A stretch of 41,881 bases of DNA from Octopus sinensis (GCF_006345805.1 NW_021836822.1:1-41881); one strand, 5' to 3'. Positions 11,495 through 22,494 are shown, counted from the stretch's first letter. Numbers and translations are program-made. Notes: generated by a model not told the origin, from the sequence alone.

Positions 11495-11764
11495 ATTATT
11501 TACATTATTTACATCCGACGGATATTTGTCCTCATCTTGTTTGTTGTTAACACAACGTTTCGGCTGATATACCTTCCAGCCTTCTTCAGGTGTCTTGGGG
11601 AAAATTTCGAACCTGGGTTCTCATTGCTAAGGTATTTTTCGATGTTATTATTAGTACTATTATTGTTATTGTTATTGTTCACGTCACTGCTTGGAATCGA
11701 ACTCGGAATCTTGGGGTTAGTAGCCCGCGCTCTTAACCACTACGCCATATGCCCGTGGGCATAT
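11495..11764 (-). mobile_element. tRNA-headed non-autonomous retroelement carrying a hammerhead ribozyme
   Basis: Minus strand: hairpin ATATGCCC-AC-GGGCATAT, A box TGGCGTAGTGG, B box GAGTTCGATTCC, (AAT/AAC) spacer, hammerhead motif, and a 3' (ATGTAAATA)2 end. Confidence 0.75.
11549..11594 (-). ncRNA. minimal type I hammerhead ribozyme (Penelope-type)
   Basis: Minus strand reads GACAC-CTGAAGA-A-GGCTG-gaaggtatat-CAGCC-GAAA-CG-TT-GTGTT. Both core boxes are present, with a 5-bp stem II, a 5-bp stem I (one G-U) and palindromic AACGTT in place of stem III. Confidence 0.75.
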
Positions 11765-11999
11765 ATTTAAACTATGTTTGTTTGTTTTTTAAATGGGATG
11801 GGAATAAATTATGATATTAGAAAGCCTAATTGTGAGACAAATTATAAGAATGTAAACACGTTTCTTGCATATTTCCTATGTACGTAAAAACTGAGTAGAG
11901 TCTCCTGAGAGACCGATTCTCAGTTCGTTGACCACTCCTCAGAGTAAACGCATATATGTTTGCTTGGTGTATACAACTCGTGTATGTGGATGCAGGCAT

Positions 12000-12056
<57 letters not shown>

Positions 12057-13110
12057 TGTGTGAGTGTATGTGTGCGTGTGTGTGTGAGTGTATGTGTGAG
12101 TGTGTCCAGAGACCGAAAAACAGATATGAAGAGATTGATGAAAGGATAGAGAGAAGCGACAAAAGCAGAGAAAATAGATAAAATATTTGAAAGACATCCT
12201 AAGCAAACGATACAATAAGTCACGTGGCCGAATAAAATTCTCAAGAGACGTGTCATATGAGTAAACGAGAAAAAAAATAACAGATCAATGTCGTTTTCTC
12301 TGCAATTATTGGTTTTATGGTCTCTGTCATAATTGTAATTTCATTTTGATGTTTTATTAAAAGCATTTAAGAAAAAAATTATTGAGAAAACATTGGTTTA
12401 TTTTGATGGGGGTGTATGGTGACCTAAGAAACACACGGTACGAGTGTGTATGTATGAAAGAGATGGAAAGATCATGTGAATGCCTGTGTGTGTGTGGTAA
12501 TCGTGATTGTAAACAGGTAGTCAATAGGTTAGAGAAATTGTGAATAAATATTTCATTATATATTTATATATATCATATATATATAACATATATACATTAT
12601 ATATAAATATTTCATTATATATGTATATAAACATATATGTGCATGTGTGTGTATATAAATGTGCTTGGATGTATGTATCAGTATATATGTGTGCGTGTAT
12701 TTGTTTCTAGTGTATACACGCAGATTTTCTTATCTACATTCACATATGGGATGATTTGAAATATATCCTATTTCAATGAGTGGAATTTCTGTGTGTATAC
12801 GTGTGTTGTGTATGCGGGTATATGTGTATGTGTAGGTGCGCGCATGCGCGGCTGTGTGCGCTTGCGTGTGTGTGTATGTATGTATATATAAATATATATA
12901 TATATAGCATTATTGTTATTGCTATTATTAGTATTCGACGCATAAATGTGTATAATGTTATGCGTGTATATTCACACTCGATCAGATATACATATGTATT
13001 CCTGTATGGTTTATTCACAAATACGTGTTTAAGTATGTATCTGTATTTCCTTTCCATTCACACTTCCAATCTAGATTTACGAGTATGCATATATATATAT
13101 ATATATATGT

Positions 13111-13148
<38 letters not shown>

Positions 13149-13154
13149 GTGTGC

Positions 13155-13186
<32 letters not shown>

Positions 13187-13801
13187 ACATATATATGTAT
13201 ATGTATATATATTTGTATATATATACATATATATATGTATATGTATATATATTTGTATATATATATGTGCGTGTGTATACTTATATAGAAAGAGAGAGAA
13301 GAGGAAGGAGAGAGGGAGAGAGGGAGAGCCTTAACAACACATACAAAATAAATGCACGTCTCTAACATAAATAACACACATTTATCTCTACCAGGAGCTA
13401 TTTATCAAATATTTGAATGCACGCATATTCACAATCAGATGTATAAACGCATGCACATACGCACACATCTATATATTCTAAATGTATATGTATATATATA
13501 TATACTCACACCCACATACATTCATATATATATACATTGTATACACATATGAATGCACGCATATTCACAATCAGATGTATACACGCATGCACATACGCAC
13601 ACATCTATATATTCTAAATGTATATGTGTATATATATATATACTCACAATCACTGGACACAATCACTAAGAAACATGTATTGTTTCAACTGATACACATA
13701 CATACATAATAAATACATGTGTATATACACGCATTTAAGTGTGTATGTACATACATATATAGGTGTGTATATGTATATATATATATACATATATGTGTGT
13801 G

Positions 13802-13833
<32 letters not shown>

Positions 13834-14179
13834 TGTATGTAGTATGTATGTATGTTTGTTTGTGTGTATGTGTACACAGAAGCAAACAGGGAAAGATATA
13901 CGCACATACACAAATCTGTAAGATATGGGTATTGATATACACATATATATCTATATATATATATATTATATATATATATATACATTTACATGCACGTACA
14001 CACCAGACACACACATACGCATACATACACATATATATATTTGTGTGTGTATGTGACGAGAGAGACAGAGAGAAGGGGAGAGGTGTGTACATATAAGCGT
14101 ATATGCACATACATATAGCGAGAGAGGAGGGAAAGAGACAGAGAGAAAGAAAAAAGGAAAGAAAGAAAGAAAGCAAGAC

Positions 14180-14217
<38 letters not shown>

Positions 14218-14220
14218 GAA
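12000..14220. repeat. compound (TA)/(TG)/(TATG)/(GAAA) microsatellite-rich region
   Basis: Read directly; it produces the many YI/CV/HT pseudo-ORFs. Confidence 0.85.
13414..13648. repeat. ~97-bp direct duplication (period 136)
   Basis: tgaatgcacgcatattcacaatcagatgtata...tactcaca occurs at 13414-13510 and again at 13550-13648. Confidence 0.9.
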
Positions 14221-14789
14221 AAGAAAGAGGAAGGGAACGAGAAAGATCAAAACCCATCAAAAGTTTGGCTCAGACCAGGAATGGTGGAAATAATATTCTC
14301 GCCTCGCACATAATCAAATCGCAGCAGCTTTAGTATAGAGAAACGGCGCGTTGAGTCGCTTATGACGTTAAACAAATCTAATCTGTAAATTATGCATTAA
14401 ATTGTCTTGAACTAGTGCCATTTCCTCTGTAAACGGCACCAGTAACTTGTACGATAACGCCTTCAATCAATAGTTTTACCACTTCATACTGACAAACTAA
14501 ACTATTATGATACTAAAGATATCAACACAAACACTTACTCACATCAACACACACACACGTATATGAATGTATATATATATATATACACGCGCACAAACAC
14601 ATACATACACACACGTATTTATATATATATATATATATAACACTTTGAAAACAGCGATGATACATTTCGAAGTCAATATATATTTACGAGGTGTTTGTCG
14701 GTGGCGGCGGCGGCGGCGGCGGTGGTAGTGGTGGTGGTGGTTGGTAGTGGTGGAGTTGAGGGGTGGCGGGTAGCTGGTTGAGTTTCTTC

Positions 14790-14868
14790 TTGTTATCATT
14801 ATCATTATTACTATTGTTATTTCCATTATTATTATTATTATCATTATCATTATTATTATTATTAATAC

Positions 14869-14901
<33 letters not shown>

Positions 14902-14958
14902 CATTATTATTATTATTATTATTATTATCATCATTATCACCATCATTATCATTGTTAC

Positions 14959-15001
<43 letters not shown>

Positions 15002-15103
15002 ATTATTATCATTATTATTATCATTATTATTATCATCATCATAATCATTGTTACTGTTATATTATTATTATTATTATTATAATTATTATTATTATTGTTA
15101 TTA

Positions 15104-15134
<31 letters not shown>

Positions 15135-15160
15135 CCCTATCATTATTATTATTGTTATTT
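14790..15160. repeat. (ATT/ATC)n microsatellite
   Basis: Read directly. Confidence 0.95.
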
Positions 15161-15949
15161 ATTACTGCTGTTCTTAATATTATTCTTATTATGTTTTTCG
15201 TTTCGTTGGCAAACCTCGATGTTACTAAAAGGTAAATTTTCGTGGGGGGGGGGAGGAGAATTATTGGGGGGTTTTTCGAGGGTGGTTGTTTGCGGGGGAT
15301 TGTTTGCTCTTCTTTCATGTTGTTTATATTTTATCTTTTATTACTTTTTTATTTTTGTTTTTTATTTGGAAACGGTAAAGAAAAGCAAAGAATTTGCTGA
15401 AAGGATGAAGTATTAGAATCATGAAACGAATTCAAGATGGATTGTAAATTCTTACTCTTTGTAAAGAATTTCCTTACATTCCCTTCATCCCCACCCCGCC
15501 GATCACCCTCCTCCGCCTTATCCTCCTCCTCCTCATCATCATCATCCCCCCTCATCTTCATCTTCCTTGCCTCCTCCTTCTCACCTCCTCTTCATTTCCT
15601 CAACGCCTTCCTCACTCCCCTCTTTCACCCTCATCTTCATTCTCATCACCCTCTTCTTCCTCAGTCATCCGTATCATTATCATCATCATCACCATCACCC
15701 TCCACGTTATCATCACACTCCTCCTCCGCATCAACGCCAACTCCTACCCCTGAAGCAGGAGTAGGAGTACGAGGAATTACTTTACATTACATTTATTTAC
15801 ATGATTTTAGAAACATTTTGATCCATTTGTCATTGTTTTTCCAGGTAAATTTATATTCAAACATGTTAGTATTTTATCCAGAAGCCTATACATTTCCATA
15901 AAGGTTTCAGTTCACACAGACGACTTTAATAGAACTTTTGATTTTTATC

Positions 15950-16052
15950 GATGTTGGGGTCCCTCAAATCGTGGTGTTTTCTAGAGAGCGCGATGCGTTT
16001 GTGTGCTTGAGCATGACACAGCGTCTAAAGTTACTCCAGTTTACTCAGCTGA
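15950..16052 (+). mobile_element. degenerate family C-like SINE head, ending at the mariner
   Basis: gcgatgcgtttgtgtgcttgagca...gttactccagtttactcagctg resembles the reverse complement of ~9740-9800. Confidence 0.5.
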
Positions 16053-16060
16053 TACACATA

Positions 16061-17339
16061 CGAGGGGCGTTCAATAAGTAATGCCCCTGACCCACTTCCC
16101 ATAGCAGTAGAGCAACGAAACCTGGCACAGTTATTAGTCTTTTTCTACATAGGAACCACCCAGAGTTACGCATTTCTCCCGTCGTTTGATGCAGCTCTGG
16201 AGACCGTTTTTGTAGATGACCCCAGCTTGATCCTCCAACCACGACGTGACTTCAGAAATCAAGGCTGCATCATCTGGGAAACGCTTTCCTTTCAAAAACA
16301 ACTTCATGGCTGGAAAGAGGTGAAAATCAGAGGGTGCAGGTCAGGAGATGGGGGATGAGTTCATAGCCGCACGCCTGTGCTTCTGATCTGGCGACAAGCG
16401 AGTTGTGGATCGGAGCGTTGTCCAGCAGGAGGAGGATGCCTTTGCTGATCTTGCCCCGCCTCTTGATTTTGATAGCTTCTCTTAATTTCCTCAAAAGTGA
16501 AGCATAATACACTCCTGTAATTGTGGCACCCTTTGCCAAGAAATCTGTCATCACTACTCCGTCCTGGTCCCAGAAGACTGTGAGCATGACCTTGCCAGCG
16601 GAGGGCTGCACCCTTGCCTCTTTGAGGAGGTGAGTCACGGTGCTTCCACTGCATTGACTGGGCTTTGGTCTCTGGATCATAGTGATGGACTCAGGTTTCA
16701 TCCTGTGTAATCAGTCTTTTGAAAAATGTTGACTCATCTTCTTGGCACATCTTCAAATTCCTCCTCGCGCTATCGACGCGTTCTTGCTTCTGGAAAGGTG
16801 TGAGCAGCCTGGGAATCCATCTGGCAGACACCTTTTGCATATGCAAATGGTCATGAATGATAGTTTCCACAGACCCGGTACTAATCTTGACTTCATGGGC
16901 TATTTGGCGAATAGTTGTGCGTCTATCTTCCAAAATCGCAGCCTCAACTTGACGGACAGATGCCTCATCAATGGCAGAAGGGGGCGACCAGATCTGGGAG
17001 CTATTTCCACAAAGTTCCGACCATGTTTGAATTAACGATGCCAGCGTTTTACAAGGTCGTATGATGGGGCATCATCACCATAAGTTACTTTCATTTCATC
17101 AAAAGTCTCCCGTGGTGTGCGTCCTTTCAAATACAAAAACCGCATCACTGCTCGACACTCAACAGGCTCCGTTTCACACTTGACTCAGTTCAAACACCTG
17201 TAAATCAGAAACCACAATTAGTTCAGAGCTGTAATTTGCCACTTAATCTATAGAGATATAGGTAATTGCACATGCAAAATTTCAGCTAGATCAAACAACT
17301 GCAAGTGGGTCAGAGGCATTACTTATTGAACGCCCCTCG
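16061..17339 (-). mobile_element. full-length mariner DNA transposon (1279 bp)
   Basis: 37-bp TIRs CGAGGGGCGTTCAATAAGTAATGCCYCTGACCCACTT at 16061-16097 and 17303-17339 (one mismatch). TA TSD at 16059-60 and 17340-41. Confidence 0.97.
16134..17172 (-). pseudogene. mariner transposase, inactivated
   Basis: Motifs RSGRP, SARWIPRLLT, ITQDET*VHHYDP, SAGKVMLTVFWD, DNAPIH, SPDL/APSDFHLF and GSYVEKD*. The start codon is ACG, there are stops at ~17032 and 16691, and several frameshifts. Confidence 0.95.
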
Positions 17340-17340
17340 T

Positions 17341-17384
17341 ACATACATACATACATACATACATACACACACACATACACACAC

Positions 17385-17463
<79 letters not shown>

Positions 17464-17477
17464 ATATTTATATATGT

Positions 17478-17512
<35 letters not shown>
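17341..17512. repeat. (CATA)/(CA)/(TA) compound microsatellite
   Basis: Read directly. Confidence 0.95.
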
Positions 17513-17516
<4 letters not shown>

Positions 17517-17592
17517 TAAATAAAATAAAACATATGCATATATATAAACATATATGTACGTACCTACCTCTACATGTACATATACACGCATA

Positions 17593-18420
17593 TATGAGTA
17601 CAGGACACCAAAAGGATGTCGAACACAATGAGAAACGAAAACATAGACACAAACCAAAGGAACTGGACATTTATTTAAAAACAGCAAAAAAAATAGAGTA
17701 CAGGACAATTAACACAAAGAAAAAAGCCCTTCTTCAGTCGCTAAAGGTTTCATCTACTCTACGTTTCGAAGGATAAAAGCGAGACGTACCTTCGACAAGA
17801 AAACTTTCCTTCCTGCGAAAAGCAAATCAATTAAAATTCTGAGATCTTTTCGCAGAGGGGTAAAAAATGGTAACAACAGGACAGTAACGACAGTACAAAT
17901 TGTAAACAGTAAAAGACAGGACAAGGAAAAACAAGATAAGAAGGGCTGTTGACGCCGAACGAAAAAAAATATTGCAAACGCAGAATTTTTTATGGACGAC
18001 GAGTGGAGCAAAAAGAATGTCGTCCATTACCTTGAGAGAGCCAGGCGAGATTGACAGCAGAGGAAGTGACGTCGCGGTGAAAGACGGGAAGGCGGAATTC
18101 AGTCGCGAGTGACGACGGGAAAGGGGCGGGGGAGGAGAGGAAGGAGCGAGATTCAACGAGACAGAGAGAAGAAAAAGGGAAGGGGAGATGGATGAAAGGA
18201 AAAGAAGGGGAATCTGCGAGGAAACCATGAAGAATGAGAGGGGGAGAGAGAGAGAGTGAGAATGAGAGAGAGGAAGAGACAAGTGTTAGTAGAGGAAAGG
18301 AAAACAAAGAATGAAGGCTGAGAAAGGGATGGAACAGAAAGGTTTAAGAGTGCGCGTGAGAGTTAATATCAAGAACAAAAACTTGATATAAAGAACAATC
18401 TTACTTAAGGGGGTGCGTAG
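17593..18420 (-). mobile_element. unclassified interspersed repeat, possibly a Penelope pseudo-LTR/UTR
   Basis: Non-coding block flanked by TA microsatellites. It has a CpG-rich promoter-like part (TGACGTC, GGAAGTG, GGGGCGGGG), hammerhead core words CGAAACG and CTGAAGA on the minus strand, and GAGTACAGGACA repeated at 17596 and 17696. Confidence 0.4.
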
Positions 18421-18441
18421 TTATATATATATGTATACACG

Positions 18442-18507
<66 letters not shown>

Positions 18508-18694
18508 ACATGTATACATACATGCATGTATGTATATGTATATACACATACATGGAGGAAGTAAATAGACACCTTTAATTTTCAAAATTTCTGATCTAAG
18601 CGTCTTAATATGTTTTTAGAGGTGTAGAATTTATAATGTAATTATTGTTTTTCATTCTAGGTGCCATTTTATTAAACATTTGCGAAGAGTAACC

Positions 18695-19708
18695 ATGCCA
18701 CACACAAAAATGCGGCAGAACTGTCAGATTTTCAAAGAGGTCGTATTGTTGGGCAGTCTGAGGCTGGTCTTAGCCAGCGAAAAATTGACGAAAATCTTCA
18801 AATTCCTCTTGCTACTGTTAATAGAATTATAGTTCAATTCAAAAGCCAATGAAAAGAATCAACAGATTCTCATCCTGGCCGACCTGGGCCCTTGGAAAGG
18901 AAGCATCGCTGTTTGAAGAGAATAGTGGAAAACGAACCCCGTTCGAAGTCTTCTGACATTGCAAAATAGCTAGAAGCTAGTCCAAGAACGTGTGTTACAT
19001 ATTTGCATAAGTTTGGATATTATGGGCGAGCAGCTAAAAGAAAACCTCTCTTTCAACCAATTAATATCATGAAAATAAATGGGCTAAGAAGATGTCAGAA
19101 AAATCCAGTTCATTTTGGAATAGAATGATTTTCTCAGATGAATCCAGATTTGCATTATTTTCGGACAGTGGACGTGTTTGGGTCTGGAGACTTTCCAAGC
19201 AAGAATTTGATTTGAAACGACTCCAACCAACTGTGAAACATGGCGGTATCTCTGTAATGGTATGGGGAGCTGTCACCAGCAATGGTCGTTCTGAGCTGAT
19301 CGAATGTGTTGGAACCATAAACTCTGAAAAATACATCGAAATACTTAAGCAAGGACTACTTCCAATGTGTTCACATGGTAACATAACAAAAAATTACTTT
19401 TATTCATGGAGGATGGGGCTCCATACCACACAGCGAAAAGGAATCAACAATAGATGATCGAAAATGGGATCAAAAAGTTCCCTTGGCCGATCCAATCGCC
19501 AGACATGAACGCAATTGAAACTCTTTGGAGCATACTAGATAGAGCTATACGAAAAACTCGACAGAAACCTAAATCTAAATATTAATTGTTTTGATTGTTA
19601 CGTGAAAAGTGGGCAGAAATTCCACAAGAGACAATCACAAATCTTATCAGTTCAACGCCAAAAAGAGTTTCTGAATTAAAAACTGCAAAGAGAATGGTAA
19701 CTAAATAG
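18695..19708 (+). pseudogene. Tc1-family (DD34E) transposase, decayed
   Basis: [52 protein letters not shown], then 34 residues to WPIQSPDMNAIE. Multiple stops and frameshifts. TIRs are not clearly recoverable. Confidence 0.93.
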
Positions 19709-20067
19709 TATGTAGTCGTACCTATGGATTACTTTTCAATTGTCCAGAATTCCACCGTACGCGCGCCGGAGTATGTGTGCACATGTGATTGTGCTGATAG
19801 TTTTTGTAATATTTCCTCATTATGTACACTTGCTTGCATAATATGCTCAATAATAACTATCATTCACAGATGTTTTGAAACAGCTGTAAAGAGCTATTTT
19901 TATCTTGTAATATATATACAGAACGCATCAATAGATGAATTCGAGCCATCAATAATTGTCTATCGCTTCTCTACATATATGTGAATGTATACGCATGTAT
20001 ATATATATATTTATATGTGTGCGTGTGTATAACATATTGTATATATATACCCATATAACATATATGT

Positions 20068-20144
<77 letters not shown>

Positions 20145-20320
20145 TCTAAATTAGTATGCTGGTGATGGCATTAATAGTAAGATAATATAGAAAATATTGA
20201 TCTCAGGTTATTGGTACAAATGAGAGACAAACATGAAGACCTGAAGTATATTTTATTTATTTGGCAAAAAAGCTGGTGATTCACTCCCAGCACTAACTGA
20301 ATCATCAGTTTTCTCCATAC

Positions 20321-20372
<52 letters not shown>

Positions 20373-20378
20373 AATAAT

Positions 20379-20410
<32 letters not shown>

Positions 20411-20469
20411 CATATATATATACATATATATATATATACATATATATATATATTTACATTATATATATA

Positions 20470-20520
<51 letters not shown>

Positions 20521-20758
20521 CATAGTCCTAACATTTGATATGTCAGTGATGTCATTAAAGGGATAAAGGAGATTTATAAATATATAATTACATATAATCT
20601 TTACAGGAAGTAGACTAGTGACGGCAAAGTATTGTTTACTAAATCTGAGCTTGTTTCTATTTTCTGACTCGCAGTTAATTATAATGCTTCATATCCGTAT
20701 TATTGATTAAGTAAAATAATTAATTCATTCGTAGCGTCAGCATGATGAGTTATCAAAT

Positions 20759-20920
20759 AGGCGCAGGCGTGGCGGTGAGGCAAAAAGCTTGCTTCCCTAC
20801 CATATAGTTTCGGGTTTCGTCTCACTGCGTGACACTTTGGGCGTGTGTCCTCTACTATAGCCGCAAAGCCGACAAAAGGCTTGTGAATTGATTTGAATGA
20901 CGGAAACTGAAAGACAACCA
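20759..20920 (+). mobile_element. family B SINE, 5' half
   Basis: ggcgcaggcgtggcggtg...tctactatagcc...gacggaaactgaaaga, ending at the internal TA tract. Confidence 0.85.
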
Positions 20921-20940
20921 GGTATATATATCTATATATA

Positions 20941-20977
<37 letters not shown>

Positions 20978-20979
<2 letters not shown>

Positions 20980-21560
20980 AGTTTCAGCTCATAGCTGTGG
21001 CCATGCTGGAACACCACCGTTTTGCCACACAGTTCCTGCTCTAATATGAGATCCTGCTCTAATATGTGACACTTGGTGTAGAATGGAGTTATGATGTAGC
21101 TACCCTTATTTGCACATCTTGCCGTGAGGTAAGTTCATCTGGGACTCTCGACAAGAAGAGGTCCACCCTGGATTTAAAAACGCAAACATCTACTTTGTGT
21201 ACATTCCTCAGGCTATTTGGGGAAATATTAAAAAGTTGTGGGACCCTAAAACCCAGGCTGTTGCAGTAACTTGTCCTGAAGCGCGATGACATTGTTGGGA
21301 TCTTTGGCACTGTGCGGTGTCGACCCGTTCTGGCATTCGTGTAGCTTTCAATGCCAAAATTTGGCACAATTCCTTCCAAGATCTTCCACATGTATATTAC
21401 TGCATATCTCTCCCGCCTTCGTTCCAGGGAGTAGAGGCTTGGCGGTCTCAGCCTTTTCCCAGTAGCTGAGCTGTTGCAAAGAGACGATCTTCTTTGTGAA
21501 ACTTCGCTGGATTGCTTCAAGGTCCGCTGTTAATTTTACACTGTTGGGTGACCATAGCTT
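20978..21560 (-). mobile_element. CR1/L2-group LINE, 5'-truncated 3' end (ORF2 C-terminus + 3'UTR)
   Basis: LWSP...LEAIQRSFTKKI...LSYWE/RL..LYSLERRRERY..IY.WKILEG.VPN...FN..P..LRN...FKS..D.FL..VPD is the typical CR1-group RT C-terminal region. It ends in a stem-loop tail. Confidence 0.88.
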
Positions 21561-21694
21561 ATAATAGATAAGAAACATTGGTACAACGAGACACCAATGT
21601 TTGCTGGAAATAGGAGTCGATAACGATGCGACGTTACGTAAAGCTTCACTGAAATGCATAATGGGAAAGGTGTATGCTGGAAGCACTTTCTTCT

Positions 21695-21888
21695 CTACAC
21701 CTCACTATATTTTCTAAGTGGAACTTCAAAAGGTGTATGAGGGCTTGAGCGAAGGGAAACCTCTTTGTCCTCAATATATCCAGCCTCGCTCACAACGCGA
21801 TCTCTTTCATCGTAACCTAAAGACAGGTCTCGGCCAAACCTGGGTCGAAACTTAGCTGATTCTGATAGGGTCGAGACCAAATCTTTTA
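21695..21888 (-). CDS. candidate terminal exon of an RPRF-amide (NPF/NPY-like) neuropeptide precursor
   Basis: Acceptor-like aaatattttatcaacag precedes xKDLVSTLSESAKFRPRF-G-R-DLSLGYDERDRVVSEAGYIEDKEV...YSEV*. It has an amidation Gly, a basic site and an acidic C-peptide. No signal-peptide exon was found. Confidence 0.3.
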
Positions 21889-22324
21889 CTGTTGATAAAA
21901 TATTTGATGAAATGTAAGCGTTCATAAATATGTTGTGCAATTGTGGTCTTTATGGCACAAGCATTAAGACGACAACGCAACATTCCGTTTACCGTAGAGA
22001 GAGACTGCGAAAAATATCAAACGTATTAAAGCGTTGTGGTCGATTATAGATTTGATAGACTGGATCGGAATAACTATATGGGAAAATTTTCTATTTTCCG
22101 ACAGATAATCACTAGAAAAGGTGAATTAATTAGTGCACGAATTAACGAGAGAATCTATAAATATATATACGTGCATGCATAAGTGCGTGCATGCGTGCTT
22201 GTGTGTGTGTGTGTGTGTGCGTGTGAGTATGCGTGCAGGCATATTTGCGAATGCATGCTACTTTGTGTGAATATGCGTGTGTCTGTGCGCGTAAGTTTGT
22301 ACATATATTCATGCTTCTGTGGTG

Positions 22325-22493
22325 GGTGGACAGGCAACCTGTTGGTTATGAAGACTAGGGATCCAGTTGGACCGATAAACGGAACAGCCTGCACGTGAAA
22401 TTAACGTATACACGTGGTTGAGTACTTCATAGACATGCGTGACCTTAACTTAGTTCTCAGGGAAATTCAGCATGAAACGGAATGCAACAAGGC
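22325..22493 (-). mobile_element. SINE 3' fragment (cephalopod-type family recognised from memory)
   Basis: cctgttggttatga...ccagttg..ccgat.aacggaacagcctgc.cgtgaaattaacgt...gttctc.ggga.attcagc. Single copy in the window. Confidence 0.5.
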
Positions 22494-22494
22494 A

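Noticed and set aside
11680-11760. tRNA-like sequences (also 9780-9873 and 37530-37610) as real tRNA genes
   Set aside because: They have A/B boxes but no full cloverleaf or acceptor stem, and they continue into repeat bodies, so they are SINE heads.
18551-19760. TIRs for the Tc1 element
   Set aside because: I could not match the left end (catggaggaagtaaatagacacc) to a convincing inverted copy on the right.
21034-21066. 15-bp direct repeat tcctgctctaatatg as a TSD
   Set aside because: The copies are only 3 bp apart inside the LINE 3'UTR, so this is a local tandem duplication.
21573-21602. 10-bp inverted repeat near the LINE 5' truncation point
   Set aside because: Too short and AT-rich to distinguish from chance.
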